Source: Deferrisomatales bacterium
GTDB lineage: Bacteria > Desulfobacterota > Deferrisomatia > Deferrisomatales > JACRMM01
Assembly: GCA_033551855.1 (NCBI GenBank)
Contig: JAWSUI010000032.1
Coordinates: 1 to 45,069, forward strand
DNA length: 45,069 nt
Direction: 5' to 3'
Below the pieces are notes generated by a model. That model ran no database searches. It was not told the origin of the DNA and worked only from the letters and a program-made list of their open reading frames with translations. Both the position numbers and the translations under genes were made by a program. Below are positions 9,617-20,019 of the stretch, in pieces (position 1 is the stretch's first letter; each line of letters begins with the position of its first letter).

Positions 9617-11690
9617 CAGCTACCGGGGCTTCGAGACCTGGTTCAACGACTTCAAGATGCGCATCAAGATGTACTGGGTGCTCACCCTGATCCTGGGGGC
9701 GGTCCAGCTCCTCCTCTTCGTGGTCGGGGTGCGGACGTTCCTGGGGGATCTGGACGGCCACTACTTCTGGAGCTGGGTGGTGGCCAGGGTCTGGATGCTC
9801 TGGCAGCCCGACCACGTGATGACCTTCCACTACGCCGGCACCCCCTACCGGATGACCGCCCAGGAACTCGCCGCCTACCTCCAGCCCTACATCGCCCGGT
9901 ACGCGGCCGGGATGTTGGTCCTCTTCCTCGTCACCTGCAGCGTCTACCTGGCCGTCCCGCTCCTGGTGAAGTGGTTCCGGCGCCGGGCTCGGAAGCAGGC
10001 GGGACCGGAGTTCGTGCGGGGGTCTCGCCTCGTGGACGCCGAGACCTGGAACCGGCTCCTGAAACGCTCCCGGATGAGGGCGGACCTCCCCCTGGGGGAG
10101 CTTCGCCTGCCGGTCTCGTCCGAGGTGAAGCACGTCCTCACCGTGGGCCGCCCCGGGGTGGGGAAGACGGTGCTCTTGAGCCACGTGATCGAGCGGCTCC
10201 GGGAGCGGGGCGACCGGGGGGTGATCTACGACTTCAAGGGGGACTACACCGCCCGGTTCTATGACCCCGAGCGGGACCTCCTCTTCAACCCGCTCGACGC
10301 CCGGTGCGTCGGCTGGAACCTCTTCAACGACATCGCCACGGTGATGGACGTGGACGCCCTGGCGGCGAGCCTCATCCCCCCAGCCTACCACGCCGACCCC
10401 TTCTGGAACGACGCCGCCCGGGGGGTCTTTAGCGGGCTCCTCCACCACCTCTACCAGACCGATCAGAGGGACAACCCCGCTCTCTGGAACGCGCTCCGCT
10501 CGGATGTCAAAGACATCGCCAAGTGGCTCAAGAAGGCGCGGGGCGGGGACCGGGGGCACACCTACATCCAGGACGCCTCGAGCAAGCAGGCGCTCAGCGT
10601 CCACTCCGTGGTCATGCAGTACGCCCAGCCCTTCGAGTACCTGGCCGGGGTGGACGGGGATTTCTCGGTGGTGGAGTGGCTCCGGGACCGCGAAGACCGG
10701 AAGGGGAAGGGGGGCAGGGAGGGGTGGATCTTCGTCACCAACTACTCGGACATCCAGGACACCCTGCGGCCGATCCTAAGCCTCTTCATCGACCTCCTGG
10801 GCCGAAAGCTCCTGGCCATGCCCGACGACCCGAACCGGCGGGTCTTCTTCATGCTGGACGAGTTCGGGACCCTCCAGCGCCTCTCCACCATCGTGAAGCT
10901 CCTGACCCTCTCCCGATCCAAGGGCGGGAGCGTGTGGGTGGGCATCCAGGACGTGGGGCAGATCGACAAGATCTACTCCAAGGACCTCCGCCAGTCGATC
11001 GTGAACGCCTGCGGGAACAGCGTCCTCTTCTCCGTGGCCGACCCGGACACGTCCAAGTTCGTCTCCGAGAAGATCGGCGACACCGAGAACCTGGAAACCG
11101 AGGAGACCTACTCCATGGGCCCCTCGGAGTTCCGGGACGGGGTCTCCCTGGCCCGCCGGCGGAAGAAGGAGATCCTGGTCCTCCCCTCGGAGCTCAAGAC
11201 CCTCCCGGACCTCACGGCCTACGTGGAGATCGGCGGCTTCCCGGTCACCCGGGCAACCCTCCGGTACAAGGACTACCCGGTCCGCTCCGCGCCTTTCGAG
11301 CTCCGGGAGGACCTGCTCGTGGAGCAGGTGGTTGCCAAGACCCGCGCAGCCGAGATGGAGGAGTCGGCCGAGCCGACCGATCCGGCGCCCGAAGACCCCT
11401 CGCTCCCCTCCGTCAGCGGGGGAAAGCAGAACGCGCGGCTGTTCAACCCCACCGAGCGCTCGTGGAGCGCCCAGACCCTGGACTGGAAGAGGTTCCAGGA
11501 GAGGGGGCAACGCCCCCGGGATCGAGAGGCGGAGCCGGAGAAGGCGGGCGAGCGAGAGACGCGGGAGGCCGCCGAGCGCCAGGCCCGAAACGAGGAGATC
11601 CACCACGACGCCTCGCCCGAAAAGGAGGCGGAGCAGGACGAAGGGAGGGGCTTGGAGCCGGAGGGGTTGGATCCCACGGACGGGCAGTGA
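9603..11690 (+). CDS. traD: Type IV coupling protein (TraD/TrwB family)
   Basis: Two N-terminal TM segments, Walker A GRPGVGKT, FNPLDAR..WN, Walker B FMLDEFGTL, charged disordered tail. Confidence 0.93.
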   Translation: MRRDDSYRGFETWFNDFKMRIKMYWVLTLILGAVQLLLFVVGVRTFLGDLDGHYFWSWVVARVWMLWQPDHVMTFHYAGTPYRMTAQELAAYLQPYIARYAAGMLVLFLVTCSVYLAVPLLVKWFRRRARKQAGPEFVRGSRLVDAETWNRLLKRSRMRADLPLGELRLPVSSEVKHVLTVGRPGVGKTVLLSHVIERLRERGDRGVIYDFKGDYTARFYDPERDLLFNPLDARCVGWNLFNDIATVMDVDALAASLIPPAYHADPFWNDAARGVFSGLLHHLYQTDQRDNPALWNALRSDVKDIAKWLKKARGGDRGHTYIQDASSKQALSVHSVVMQYAQPFEYLAGVDGDFSVVEWLRDREDRKGKGGREGWIFVTNYSDIQDTLRPILSLFIDLLGRKLLAMPDDPNRRVFFMLDEFGTLQRLSTIVKLLTLSRSKGGSVWVGIQDVGQIDKIYSKDLRQSIVNACGNSVLFSVADPDTSKFVSEKIGDTENLETEETYSMGPSEFRDGVSLARRRKKEILVLPSELKTLPDLTAYVEIGGFPVTRATLRYKDYPVRSAPFELREDLLVEQVVAKTRAAEMEESAEPTDPAPEDPSLPSVSGGKQNARLFNPTERSWSAQTLDWKRFQERGQRPRDREAEPEKAGERETREAAERQARNEEIHHDASPEKEAEQDEGRGLEPEGLDPTDGQ

Positions 11691-11791
11691 GGAGGTCGGC
11701 CAAAGGAGGCGCCCGGCAACTCAAATGCAAGATGCTGACGAGGATACGAAGACGAACAGTTAGGCATCCGGGGAAGCGGGCGAGGTGTTCG

Positions 11792-12715
11792 TCAGGCTAC
11801 CGGCTTGATCCTCGCCCGCCTCAGGTGGGTCCTCATAAACCCCAACTTCTTAGCCTCAGGAACCGCCTGAAACCACGGGATGACTTCTTCCTCCCAGTAC
11901 GCCGCCACGGAATCTGCCTGTTCCCAGATCTTGGTTCCAATGGCTTGGATCCGATAGGGTCCTTTGTCGACATTCAGCCGGGATTTCAGCGTGTCCAAGA
12001 ATCCTTCGCCACAGTGCTCCATGACGTGCTCGACAAGTCGGTCGTGAATCAACATAGAGTTCTTTGCGTGATCCAAGTTGAGGGCCAGCTCCTTTGTGCC
12101 AAGTACGGGATACCTGTCGCCTGATGCCAAACCTTCGACTCTATGCTGCTTTACCTTGCCGTGCTTGATTCTAGCCTGCAGACCGTTCGGAAGGTTCCAA
12201 ACTGGCGCGTCATGCGCGAAATCGTTCCGGAACTCGACCAAGCTGTTGAGGTCAGCAGAGAGGTCCTTTGGAAATGCGTCCGTCCCTGAAAGCTCGAGCG
12301 CTGAGTCGATCCGCTCTCGGAAGTTCTTCTTGTCGAAGCCATGCACAGCCAGACGCCACGACTCGGGGCTACTTGTACTTTCTGCGAGAACGGCCTCCGC
12401 GCAAAGTCTGAAAAACGATTCGATTGCAAACACGGGCATCACCACGGCGGCAACGACCGGTCCTGACACGATCATGTCGTAGTTCATCGTCAGGACGGCA
12501 CAGACTTCACCCGGGGCGCGACCCGCTTCAACACCTCTCCTCCAGGCCTTCATGAGCCCTGAGAACTTCTCTGCGGCACTCATGTAGCAGGAGAAGCACG
12601 ATTGCCTAAGTAATCTCCATTTCGAATCAAATGTGCCCTCGACGTGCTTCTCATAGTACTCTGCAGCTGAGGCAGCGTCTCTGATATCAAAATCCAAAAG
12701 CTCTCTATCACTCAT
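11792..12715 (-). CDS. Hypothetical protein with HEPN-like RX4H motif
   Basis: Helical protein with LVEFRNDFAH and upstream AIESFF. ATG 12715. Lower GC. Last gene in the direction of the defence operon. Confidence 0.5.
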   Translation of the reverse strand: MSDRELLDFDIRDAASAAEYYEKHVEGTFDSKWRLLRQSCFSCYMSAAEKFSGLMKAWRRGVEAGRAPGEVCAVLTMNYDMIVSGPVVAAVVMPVFAIESFFRLCAEAVLAESTSSPESWRLAVHGFDKKNFRERIDSALELSGTDAFPKDLSADLNSLVEFRNDFAHDAPVWNLPNGLQARIKHGKVKQHRVEGLASGDRYPVLGTKELALNLDHAKNSMLIHDRLVEHVMEHCGEGFLDTLKSRLNVDKGPYRIQAIGTKIWEQADSVAAYWEEEVIPWFQAVPEAKKLGFMRTHLRRARIKPVA

Positions 12716-12800
12716 TGGCAGACACCTGCTTATCTGGCTAGCATCGCAAGCTGTGGATCTGCGAAATGGTGTCGGTGCACAGGAATAAGTTCCCTCCCAC

Positions 12801-15800
12801 CTACCCCAATACCTCCACCAACTCCGCCACAATCAGGAACTCGCCCTCTTCAATGTCTTCCAAGACGATCGGCTCGTACCCGGGTTGGTCCGTGTCGGGC
12901 TTGAGGACAACCCGCTTGTGGCGCCACGTGCCGTCCACATCCTCCTCCTTTTCCGACTCGTACACCTTGACCGTGTAGCTGCCGCCGAGCTCGGAGTCTA
13001 CGATGTCGCGGTGCGCGGCGAGCACCACCTTGCCCTGTCGGGTCCCGCCTGGGTTCGCCCGCCAGAGGCACCACGCCCCGTTCGGGATGCGGTGGTTCAT
13101 CGACTCACCGACAACTTGCGCCACAAAGAGTCCCGGCGCGGGCCGGGTTCGGCCCTCCAACTCCACCCACTCCCACTCGTCAGGCGCAAAGGGTTGAGTG
13201 TCGCTGAACGCTCCTGCTGCCGCCTTCAGCGGGATGAGTGGCACGCAGGTGACATAACGTTCCTCATGGGTCGGCTCCACAACGCGCAGAGGGGGCCGGC
13301 TGCCCCCGGTCACACGGCTGGCCGGCCTTTCTGGACCCCCTTCGAGGACCCCCAGTATCGGCATCCGAGCAGGTTCGGTCCCAGCATTTGCGGCTTCTGC
13401 ACGCTCGAACCAGGTCGTATCTTCCTTGATCGCCCGCTGCTTCACCTTTCCCACCAGGTATTTCGCTATGCGCGCGATCGCTCGAACCACGGCGTTCTTG
13501 TCGTCGAGCTCGAAGGAGCGGACGACCACCACCTCGTAGCCCAAACTGTCGAGTTTGGCGCGAATGGCGCGGTCCTTCTCCGCCTGCTCGGGGTTGCCGT
13601 GAATGTGACCCGCCATCCCGTCGAGGTAGATGCAGATGCCGAGCTCGTCGGCGTCTTCGCCCGCGTAGAAGAAGTCCGGGATGGTGCCGCCGTACCCCGC
13701 GCCCAAGTCGATCCTGTGCTGGCAGCGCGGCACGGAAAGGCCGGCTTCGCCGAGGAGCCGCTTGAAGCGGTTTTCGATGTATGTTTGACTCTGGCCGGTC
13801 GTGCTCCCGGTCTTTTGAAGGTGCTCGGGAATCGGGTGAACCTCTACGAGTGGCCCATGCGTACCCTCCAGCACCCGGGTCGCCACGTGACGGTCTAGGT
13901 ATTCGTGGTAGAAGCGATTGCGGTAGGTCTGAAGACAGTCGATGCACGACGACTCGCAGGCGCCTGGGCACAGGGTCAACAGCTCCAGGGCGGCGTTTTG
14001 AACCTCCTCCCAGCGCTCGGCCAGGTGCTCGAGCAGTCCCGAGCCGCCGGGCATCGGATCGTAGAGGAGCACGTCGCAGGTCTCCTCGCCGATGTGGCCC
14101 AGCGCCAGCAACTGCAAATCTTCGACCTCCATGTCGAGCACGCGCGCGGCCCCCATGCGCAGGGCCTCGACGACGCTGAATCCCAGTTTGCGATCCTCCA
14201 CGTCATGGAGGCCGAGGACGTCCACCTCCACGTCCGCGAAGAACCCCGTGGGCTGCACGACGTGTCCGCAGCGCTCCAGGTGGAACTTCTCGAACTCCTG
14301 CCGAGACTTCATGCTCGCGAAGGGCGAGTGCGACTGGCCACACGCCAGGCAGAGCGGGAAGCCTAGCCTCGTCTGCTCCACCTCTTTGCGCGGCCCCACG
14401 TTCACCAGGCGCAGTTGCACGCCGCGCCGGAACCGAACATTCAGATCGCCCCACGACCACGCCGTGCCGCCCCGGTGATAGCCGCGGTCGTTGCCGTAGG
14501 TGGCCACGGGCATCTGAAATCGGAACTCCTCTTCGTCAGAGATTTGCGACTGGGACGGGAGGATGACATCGCACACCGGCACCGCCCGCAACTCCTGCTC
14601 GGCCAGCATCGCGTTCGCCGTGTCCGAACCGACCTCCTGCACCACCTGCTGATCGACGATCACGCGGAAACGCAGGGTCTCCTCCGGCGTGAGCAGGAAG
14701 CGGCGCGGCACGAAGCGGAAACCGTTGGCATAGATCGCGTTGCCGGGCACGTACTCACGCAGGGCCAGCGTCGGCGGGCGCGGCAGGTCGAAGTCATCGA
14801 GGCCTTGGGTCATCCGAGGCGGCTCCGCCGTCCCCACCAGGCTGCCTGACTCGAGTCCGTACCCCGGCAAGAAGCCCTCGCGAGCCAGCGCCCCCATCGT
14901 CTCGGAGTCATCGGGGCCGCCCTGCGACTTGCCCCGAGACCGGGCGTACGTGCCCTTGAGCCGTGCGATCACCTTCTCGCAGCGCCGCTCGTGGGCCTTG
15001 TCCTCGGGGTCGAGGTCGCCCTTCCTGAGTTTCACCGCGCCCAGCCGCCGCAGCTCGCCGAGAGCCCAGTCCAGGCGCCGCTTGAACCGTTTGAGCACGG
15101 CCTGAAGGGAGGTCGGCATCTCGTCCAGCACCCGCTCGAGCAGGGCCTCCTCCACAGCCGCTGCATCTTCTTCCGGCCACGCCTGTGTAAAGGCGAACTT
15201 CACGGCAGCGAGTACCGTGGTGCGGTGGTCGGCGATGAGCGTACCCAACTCCGCAACATCACGAACCTTCTCCAGCACTTCGCCGCCTGGCGTGAAGAGG
15301 TAGCTTCGCAGCGTCGTCGGAAAACAGCGGGCCAGGGTCTCTTCGATGTGGCGTCGCGCCTCGTCGCCCGACCTGCGCGCCACGCCGTGCAGCGCGGTCA
15401 GCACCGTCGCGTGGACGTGCTTGCGGATCATGACCTCGTTCTTCAGGTTGAAACGCGGCGGCTCGACCAGGCCGCCCAGCAGCTTCAACGGTTCACGGAA
15501 GTAGGCCTGGTCGAAACCAGTGGCCTGCGCATAGGTCACGTCCACCGCCATCCGGTGTCGCCGCCCGGCGCGGCCGGCCCGCTGCCAGTAGTTGGCGGCG
15601 CTCGGCGGCACGTTGCGCATCAGCACCGCGTCGAGCGCGCCGATGTCGACGCCCAACTCCAAGGTCGGCGTACACACCAGAGTATTGAGCTGCTCACCCT
15701 CACCTTTGAACTGGTTCTCAATCCGCTCGCGCTTGTCGTGGGGCACCTGCGCCGAGTGCTCCGCGACCCGCAGCATCGAGTAGTCGCCGTCGAGCACACG

Positions 15801-18800
15801 CAGGTCGAAGTCGTCCTGCGCCTCGGTCTCCCAGGTAAGCCTCCCGCCGCAGCGCCAGGCCATGCATGCGCTGGTCGGCCCCCGGCGGATGGTCGTGCGT
15901 CGGCACTTCTCGCAGCGATAGCGCCCCGAGTGGGGGTGCAGGGTGAGCTTGCCGCTGTCGATCTGGTAGACGCCCGCGCTCCCATTCAACGGCCTGCCCC
16001 AGCCGGTGAGCGTGACGGGGACGAGCAGCTTCTCGGCGAACAGCGCCGCCCAGAGCTCCCCCAGGAAGGATTCTACCTCGTGATCGGGCACCCCCCACGA
16101 TGCCACCGCGTTCCATACCTGCGTCGGGCGGTCGCCGACCCACTGGGTCACGCGAGCGGGCAGGTCCGATAGGGTACGGCACAGTTTGGCGCCCCGGGGC
16201 CCGCCCGTGAAGGCCGGCAGATAGCCGTACTGGACCTCTTTGTCGCCGCTGTTCCACATCGTCTCGAAGAGTTTGGTCGGGTCGCGCAGCACGCGGACGC
16301 GGCGCAGGTGGTCGAGCAGCGCCGCGATGCCCTCGGCCAACGCATCGGGCGTGACATCGAGCACGGGCGCCCATTTCTTGACGAAGCCGAGATCGGTTGT
16401 GAGCCCCCGGTAACCGACCCTCAACCGCCCCCATGGTTCGAGGCCCAGCCGCTGTTTTACCCCCGTCGCGACCTCTCGGAGGACCTGGATGCGCAGGAAA
16501 TAGAGCCTCTCCTCGCGGTGTTTTGTCCCGCTCTCGTCGAAGGGCACCACCTGCCAGACCTCGGGTAGGAGCGCGCGTGACAGCTCACGGTCTTTGTCGA
16601 GCAGGTCGTCGAGTCCGTAGACCACGTCGCCGATCGACGCGCCGGCCGCCGGGATCTGCTGCGCCATCATCGCGCGGAGGCGAAAGCGCCGGGCGTGGTC
16701 GCGCATCCAACCCGCCTGAAACGCGGCGTCCTGGCGGTTGTCGGCGAACACCAGCAGCCGTGGCCGCTCGGAGAGATGCACCATCGACTGCGCTAACACG
16801 TGCACGTCGGACACCCCGACCGCTCGCACCGGGCGCGCAGGCTCGCGGTAGCGCCCCCCGCGCGGGCGCTTGCCGGGAGCCTGGCAGGCGACGCAAGAGT
16901 GCAAGATCCCGGGGAACTCCGCCTTCGAGCGAACTGCCTGCACGGCGACCAGGGTGTTCTGTACGTTGCAGGCGCCGCAGGCGTCGGTGCGCTCCTCTTG
17001 CAGCGAGCCGCAGTGGCAGCACACGAACATCGGGTACAGCCGCCGGTGCTCGAAGTCGTGCCCGCTCGGCGGCAAAACCTCGCCGTCCTCGTCGACCTCC
17101 TCGGTGCCATCGTCCTCATCCGGGCTGACGACCAGGCGATCTACCAGCACCACCCGGCTGCCTCCCGTCTCTTCGGGAACATGCTCCCACACCCGGGTAT
17201 TGCCGATGCGGTCTCCGCCTACCGGGCCGGCCCTGACCCCGGCCCTCAGCCCGAAGTCCTTCACCCAGGTCTCGTAGTAGTGCTGGCCGCAGGTGGTGCA
17301 GGTGATGATCGGAAAGCGCCGGTAGGCTTCACCCAGCTCGTCGGCGGCGTCTTCGCCGGAAAGCCACAGGCGGGCGGCGGCGCCGGGGTTCGAGAACGTC
17401 ACCACCGCGCCCCCGACCCCGCGCACAAAGGTGTGCACCACCGGGCGCAGCAGCGGATCGTGCCCACCGCGGCCGGTGGCGGCCCCGAGGGCGAGCCACG
17501 CCAGGATCTCTGCCTCGGGCACCGGGCGCCCGACCGTTTCGGCGAGCACCTCGGTCAGCTCGGCCAGCGCGCGGGGTTTCGCGAGGGCGGCGGCGAGCTG
17601 ATAGACCAACTCATTGCTGGCGAGCTGGCTCGCGAGGGATCCCTGCCAGTTGTCGCGCCGCAGCCGCGCTCCTCCGAGCTCCACGAGCTGGGCCGAGATG
17701 GCGTCTGCGACCGCGTCCTCGGGCGCGTCGACCGCTTTCAGCAGCGCACTCAGCACCGCGTGGGGGTCGTCGGGTGGCCCCACCGGCACGCCGCGCTGCT
17801 CGTTCCACCGCAGCTCGTCGTAGACCTCTCGCACCAAGGTCACGCGATGGCCGTCGATCCCAAAGAAGCGCCGGGCGAAGTCCAGCGCGGCATCGTCGCC
17901 TCTCTCGGGATCGGCCATGGTCGCCGACGTGGCGATGTGTCGAACCTCGTGGGGCTGCCTACCGCAAAAGGTCCGCAGGCGCCGAATCAGGCACGCCGTC
18001 TCCGCGCCTTGGGCGCCGCGGAAGGTGTGGGCCTCGTCGAAGACCAGGAACTCGAGAGGCGCGCCGGCGAAGATGCCGACGTCCTTGCCGCGGGTAAGCA
18101 GCAGCTCGAGTTGCTTCACGTTGGTGAGCAAGATCCGCGGCTGGCCCCCATCGGCGCGCATCGCCTTTCGGCTGGCTCGCTCCTCGAACGGCATCAAGGT
18201 GATCGCTTGCCCGGCCTCGCGGATCTGCTTGAGGCGCTCGTGGTAGGCAGCGTTCGTACTGCCCGCAGACAGCCGCTCGCCGCGGACCTGCGCCTCCTCC
18301 TCCGGCGTCTTGCCGACGTACATCCCAAACGGAATCCCGCGCCCCGCCAACAGCCCCCGCATCCGTTCGAGCTGGTCCTCGGCCAGGGCGTTCATCGGAT
18401 AGATGAGCACCGCCACGACCCCGGGGGGGGCGCCGGCGTCCTGCAGCTCGATACAGCGGCTGATGATCGGGTAGAGGAACGCCTCGGTCTTGCCGGACCC
18501 CGTTCCCGTGGACACCAGGGTGGTCTTCTCCTCGTGGACCGAGCGAATCGCCTCCTCCTGGTGAGCGCGCACCCTCTCGTAGGGCACCACGGCCTGGAGT
18601 TGCGGATGGAACACGCCGTCGGCGACGAGCTCGGCGATGGTCGCCCCCTGCTTGAAGGGCCGCGACAGGCTGACAAAAGGCCCCTTGCGCAGGGGCGTAT
18701 TGCGCGTCTCCTCGAGCTGGAGCAGCGCGCGGAGCTGTTCGAACAGGCTCAGATCCGCCAGCGGGTAGGTGGTGAGCTGGTAATGGAGGAAGTCGTCAAC

Positions 18801-18836
18801 GACCCGTTCGGTGAAGGTGATCGGGTTTAGAGCCAT
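12801..18836 (-). CDS. Giant DEAD/DEAH (YprA/DruE-like) helicase with DUF1998, Vsr/DUF559-like nuclease and C-terminal S24 peptidase domain
   Basis: TGTGSGKT, DEAH, TSAT, TLELGVDIG, QRAGRAGRR; several CxxC pairs; DUF1998 pattern LYD..PGGSG...C..SCIDCL; PDFFY...YLDG..HIH nuclease; AAAG/GESM/TVK S24 motifs. Confidence 0.9.
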   Translation of the reverse strand: MALNPITFTERVVDDFLHYQLTTYPLADLSLFEQLRALLQLEETRNTPLRKGPFVSLSRPFKQGATIAELVADGVFHPQLQAVVPYERVRAHQEEAIRSVHEEKTTLVSTGTGSGKTEAFLYPIISRCIELQDAGAPPGVVAVLIYPMNALAEDQLERMRGLLAGRGIPFGMYVGKTPEEEAQVRGERLSAGSTNAAYHERLKQIREAGQAITLMPFEERASRKAMRADGGQPRILLTNVKQLELLLTRGKDVGIFAGAPLEFLVFDEAHTFRGAQGAETACLIRRLRTFCGRQPHEVRHIATSATMADPERGDDAALDFARRFFGIDGHRVTLVREVYDELRWNEQRGVPVGPPDDPHAVLSALLKAVDAPEDAVADAISAQLVELGGARLRRDNWQGSLASQLASNELVYQLAAALAKPRALAELTEVLAETVGRPVPEAEILAWLALGAATGRGGHDPLLRPVVHTFVRGVGGAVVTFSNPGAAARLWLSGEDAADELGEAYRRFPIITCTTCGQHYYETWVKDFGLRAGVRAGPVGGDRIGNTRVWEHVPEETGGSRVVLVDRLVVSPDEDDGTEEVDEDGEVLPPSGHDFEHRRLYPMFVCCHCGSLQEERTDACGACNVQNTLVAVQAVRSKAEFPGILHSCVACQAPGKRPRGGRYREPARPVRAVGVSDVHVLAQSMVHLSERPRLLVFADNRQDAAFQAGWMRDHARRFRLRAMMAQQIPAAGASIGDVVYGLDDLLDKDRELSRALLPEVWQVVPFDESGTKHREERLYFLRIQVLREVATGVKQRLGLEPWGRLRVGYRGLTTDLGFVKKWAPVLDVTPDALAEGIAALLDHLRRVRVLRDPTKLFETMWNSGDKEVQYGYLPAFTGGPRGAKLCRTLSDLPARVTQWVGDRPTQVWNAVASWGVPDHEVESFLGELWAALFAEKLLVPVTLTGWGRPLNGSAGVYQIDSGKLTLHPHSGRYRCEKCRRTTIRRGPTSACMAWRCGGRLTWETEAQDDFDLRVLDGDYSMLRVAEHSAQVPHDKRERIENQFKGEGEQLNTLVCTPTLELGVDIGALDAVLMRNVPPSAANYWQRAGRAGRRHRMAVDVTYAQATGFDQAYFREPLKLLGGLVEPPRFNLKNEVMIRKHVHATVLTALHGVARRSGDEARRHIEETLARCFPTTLRSYLFTPGGEVLEKVRDVAELGTLIADHRTTVLAAVKFAFTQAWPEEDAAAVEEALLERVLDEMPTSLQAVLKRFKRRLDWALGELRRLGAVKLRKGDLDPEDKAHERRCEKVIARLKGTYARSRGKSQGGPDDSETMGALAREGFLPGYGLESGSLVGTAEPPRMTQGLDDFDLPRPPTLALREYVPGNAIYANGFRFVPRRFLLTPEETLRFRVIVDQQVVQEVGSDTANAMLAEQELRAVPVCDVILPSQSQISDEEEFRFQMPVATYGNDRGYHRGGTAWSWGDLNVRFRRGVQLRLVNVGPRKEVEQTRLGFPLCLACGQSHSPFASMKSRQEFEKFHLERCGHVVQPTGFFADVEVDVLGLHDVEDRKLGFSVVEALRMGAARVLDMEVEDLQLLALGHIGEETCDVLLYDPMPGGSGLLEHLAERWEEVQNAALELLTLCPGACESSCIDCLQTYRNRFYHEYLDRHVATRVLEGTHGPLVEVHPIPEHLQKTGSTTGQSQTYIENRFKRLLGEAGLSVPRCQHRIDLGAGYGGTIPDFFYAGEDADELGICIYLDGMAGHIHGNPEQAEKDRAIRAKLDSLGYEVVVVRSFELDDKNAVVRAIARIAKYLVGKVKQRAIKEDTTWFERAEAANAGTEPARMPILGVLEGGPERPASRVTGGSRPPLRVVEPTHEERYVTCVPLIPLKAAAGAFSDTQPFAPDEWEWVELEGRTRPAPGLFVAQVVGESMNHRIPNGAWCLWRANPGGTRQGKVVLAAHRDIVDSELGGSYTVKVYESEKEEDVDGTWRHKRVVLKPDTDQPGYEPIVLEDIEEGEFLIVAELVEVLG

Positions 18837-19522
18837 CTCGATGTTCCTCCGGCGAGCGCGTTCCGGCGCAGGGGACCCCGCGACCAGTGCTCGACGAGCT
18901 CCTGGGTGAAGGCGGCGCGCACCAGCTTCGCACGAGCTTGGGTCCAGCCGTCGGCCTCGCGCCGCACCATCAGGCCTTCCATGGGCACGTCCCCCACACG
19001 CGAGCCGTCCAGCATGCCTTCCAGATCCTCCACGCTGAACCGGCCCGAGGCGAGCCGCGGCACCGCCTCCAGACCGAGCTCAGTCAACAGCGCGTCACGC
19101 CGGCTCGTGTCCCAGAAGCTCCCCGCCTCCCGGTCGTACACGTCGAAGCCCAGAAACCAGTCGGGGAGCCGGTCGTAGCGCACGCTGTGGACGGCCACGC
19201 ACCACTCGCCGAACAGCACCCGATCGGGCCAGAGCGCATCCATCAAGGCCGACTCCCGCGGGGCCAGCCACGACCAGAGTGGGCGGAACTGGGGCTGACA
19301 GCTTTCGGGCGTCAGGTAACTGCCCCGGTTATGGCAGCGCAGGTCCCCGCCTTCGCTCACGGAGAAGCCCAGGTTGGCGCCGTCGATCTTTTCCTCCACC
19401 ACAACGTCCCCGGAGAGCAGGTCTGCGACCTCGTCCGGCGCCAGAACCTTGTCATCCCGCGGCTGGCCCTCGCCCAACCAGGCAAGGTGAGGGGTGTGGG
19501 GGAAGCGGAAGAAGTCGGTCAT
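18827..19522 (-). CDS. ATP-dependent RNA ligase family protein (Rnl2-like nucleotidyltransferase domain), 231 aa
   Basis: N-terminal FPHTPHL, motif I EEKIDGAN, GEW, FDV, EGLMVR, AKLV. ATGA overlap with the upstream gene. Confidence 0.85.
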   Translation of the reverse strand: MTDFFRFPHTPHLAWLGEGQPRDDKVLAPDEVADLLSGDVVVEEKIDGANLGFSVSEGGDLRCHNRGSYLTPESCQPQFRPLWSWLAPRESALMDALWPDRVLFGEWCVAVHSVRYDRLPDWFLGFDVYDREAGSFWDTSRRDALLTELGLEAVPRLASGRFSVEDLEGMLDGSRVGDVPMEGLMVRREADGWTQARAKLVRAAFTQELVEHWSRGPLRRNALAGGTSRWL

Positions 19523-20019
19523 GGCGTGCCGGTCTTCGCCGTGTGTATCGCCCGGAGCCAAGCCTCGATCACGTGCTCCACCTTGTGGCCCACGTCCATG
19601 AGCGCTTCTTCGATCTCCAGCCAGTCGGTGTCCGTCGCATTGACCAACGTGCTTTCTCCGTCGGTCAACAGAACGGCAAGGAATTTCCGGTCCGACGGAT
19701 CGAACGCCGCGAACTCGACCGGCACGACCGCGGCTCCATTTTCGTCGTAGGCGACCTCGACGAAGCGTGCCCGCTGCATCTTCTCCTTCACCACCTGCAG
19801 CCCGTAGTCCTGGTCTGTCAGCTTGTTGCGGTACTCCTCATAGATCCTCCACAGCGTGTCCCAAACCATCGAACGCGAGTCATCGGCACGGAAGGCCGCG
19901 AGCCACTCGAAGACGCGGTCCTGCTCTGTTGCCGGCAGGTTTGAGGCGCCGAAAGGCGAGTAGGGGTGCGCTGCGCTAGCCACCAGCAGGACGTTGGTGT
20001 CGATGATATGGTCAGGCAT
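19519..20019 (-). CDS. PIN-domain-like putative ribonuclease, 166 aa
   Basis: IIDTNVL, IYEEY, DPSDRKFLAV and ATDTDW match the acidic PIN active-site pattern. Confidence 0.7.
   Translation of the reverse strand: MPDHIIDTNVLLVASAAHPYSPFGASNLPATEQDRVFEWLAAFRADDSRSMVWDTLWRIYEEYRNKLTDQDYGLQVVKEKMQRARFVEVAYDENGAAVVPVEFAAFDPSDRKFLAVLLTDGESTLVNATDTDWLEIEEALMDVGHKVEHVIEAWLRAIHTAKTGTP

Noticed and set aside
11700..11765. GCCTAAC (minus strand) after the HEPN-like gene as an integron attC inverse core
   Set aside because: No matching GTTRRRY core or attC stem nearby, and no integron integrase.
12801..18836. Calling the locus Druantia or BREX
   Set aside because: No recognisable Druantia partner genes, PglZ or BrxC; the SNF2 + MTase context fits a DISARM-related system better.
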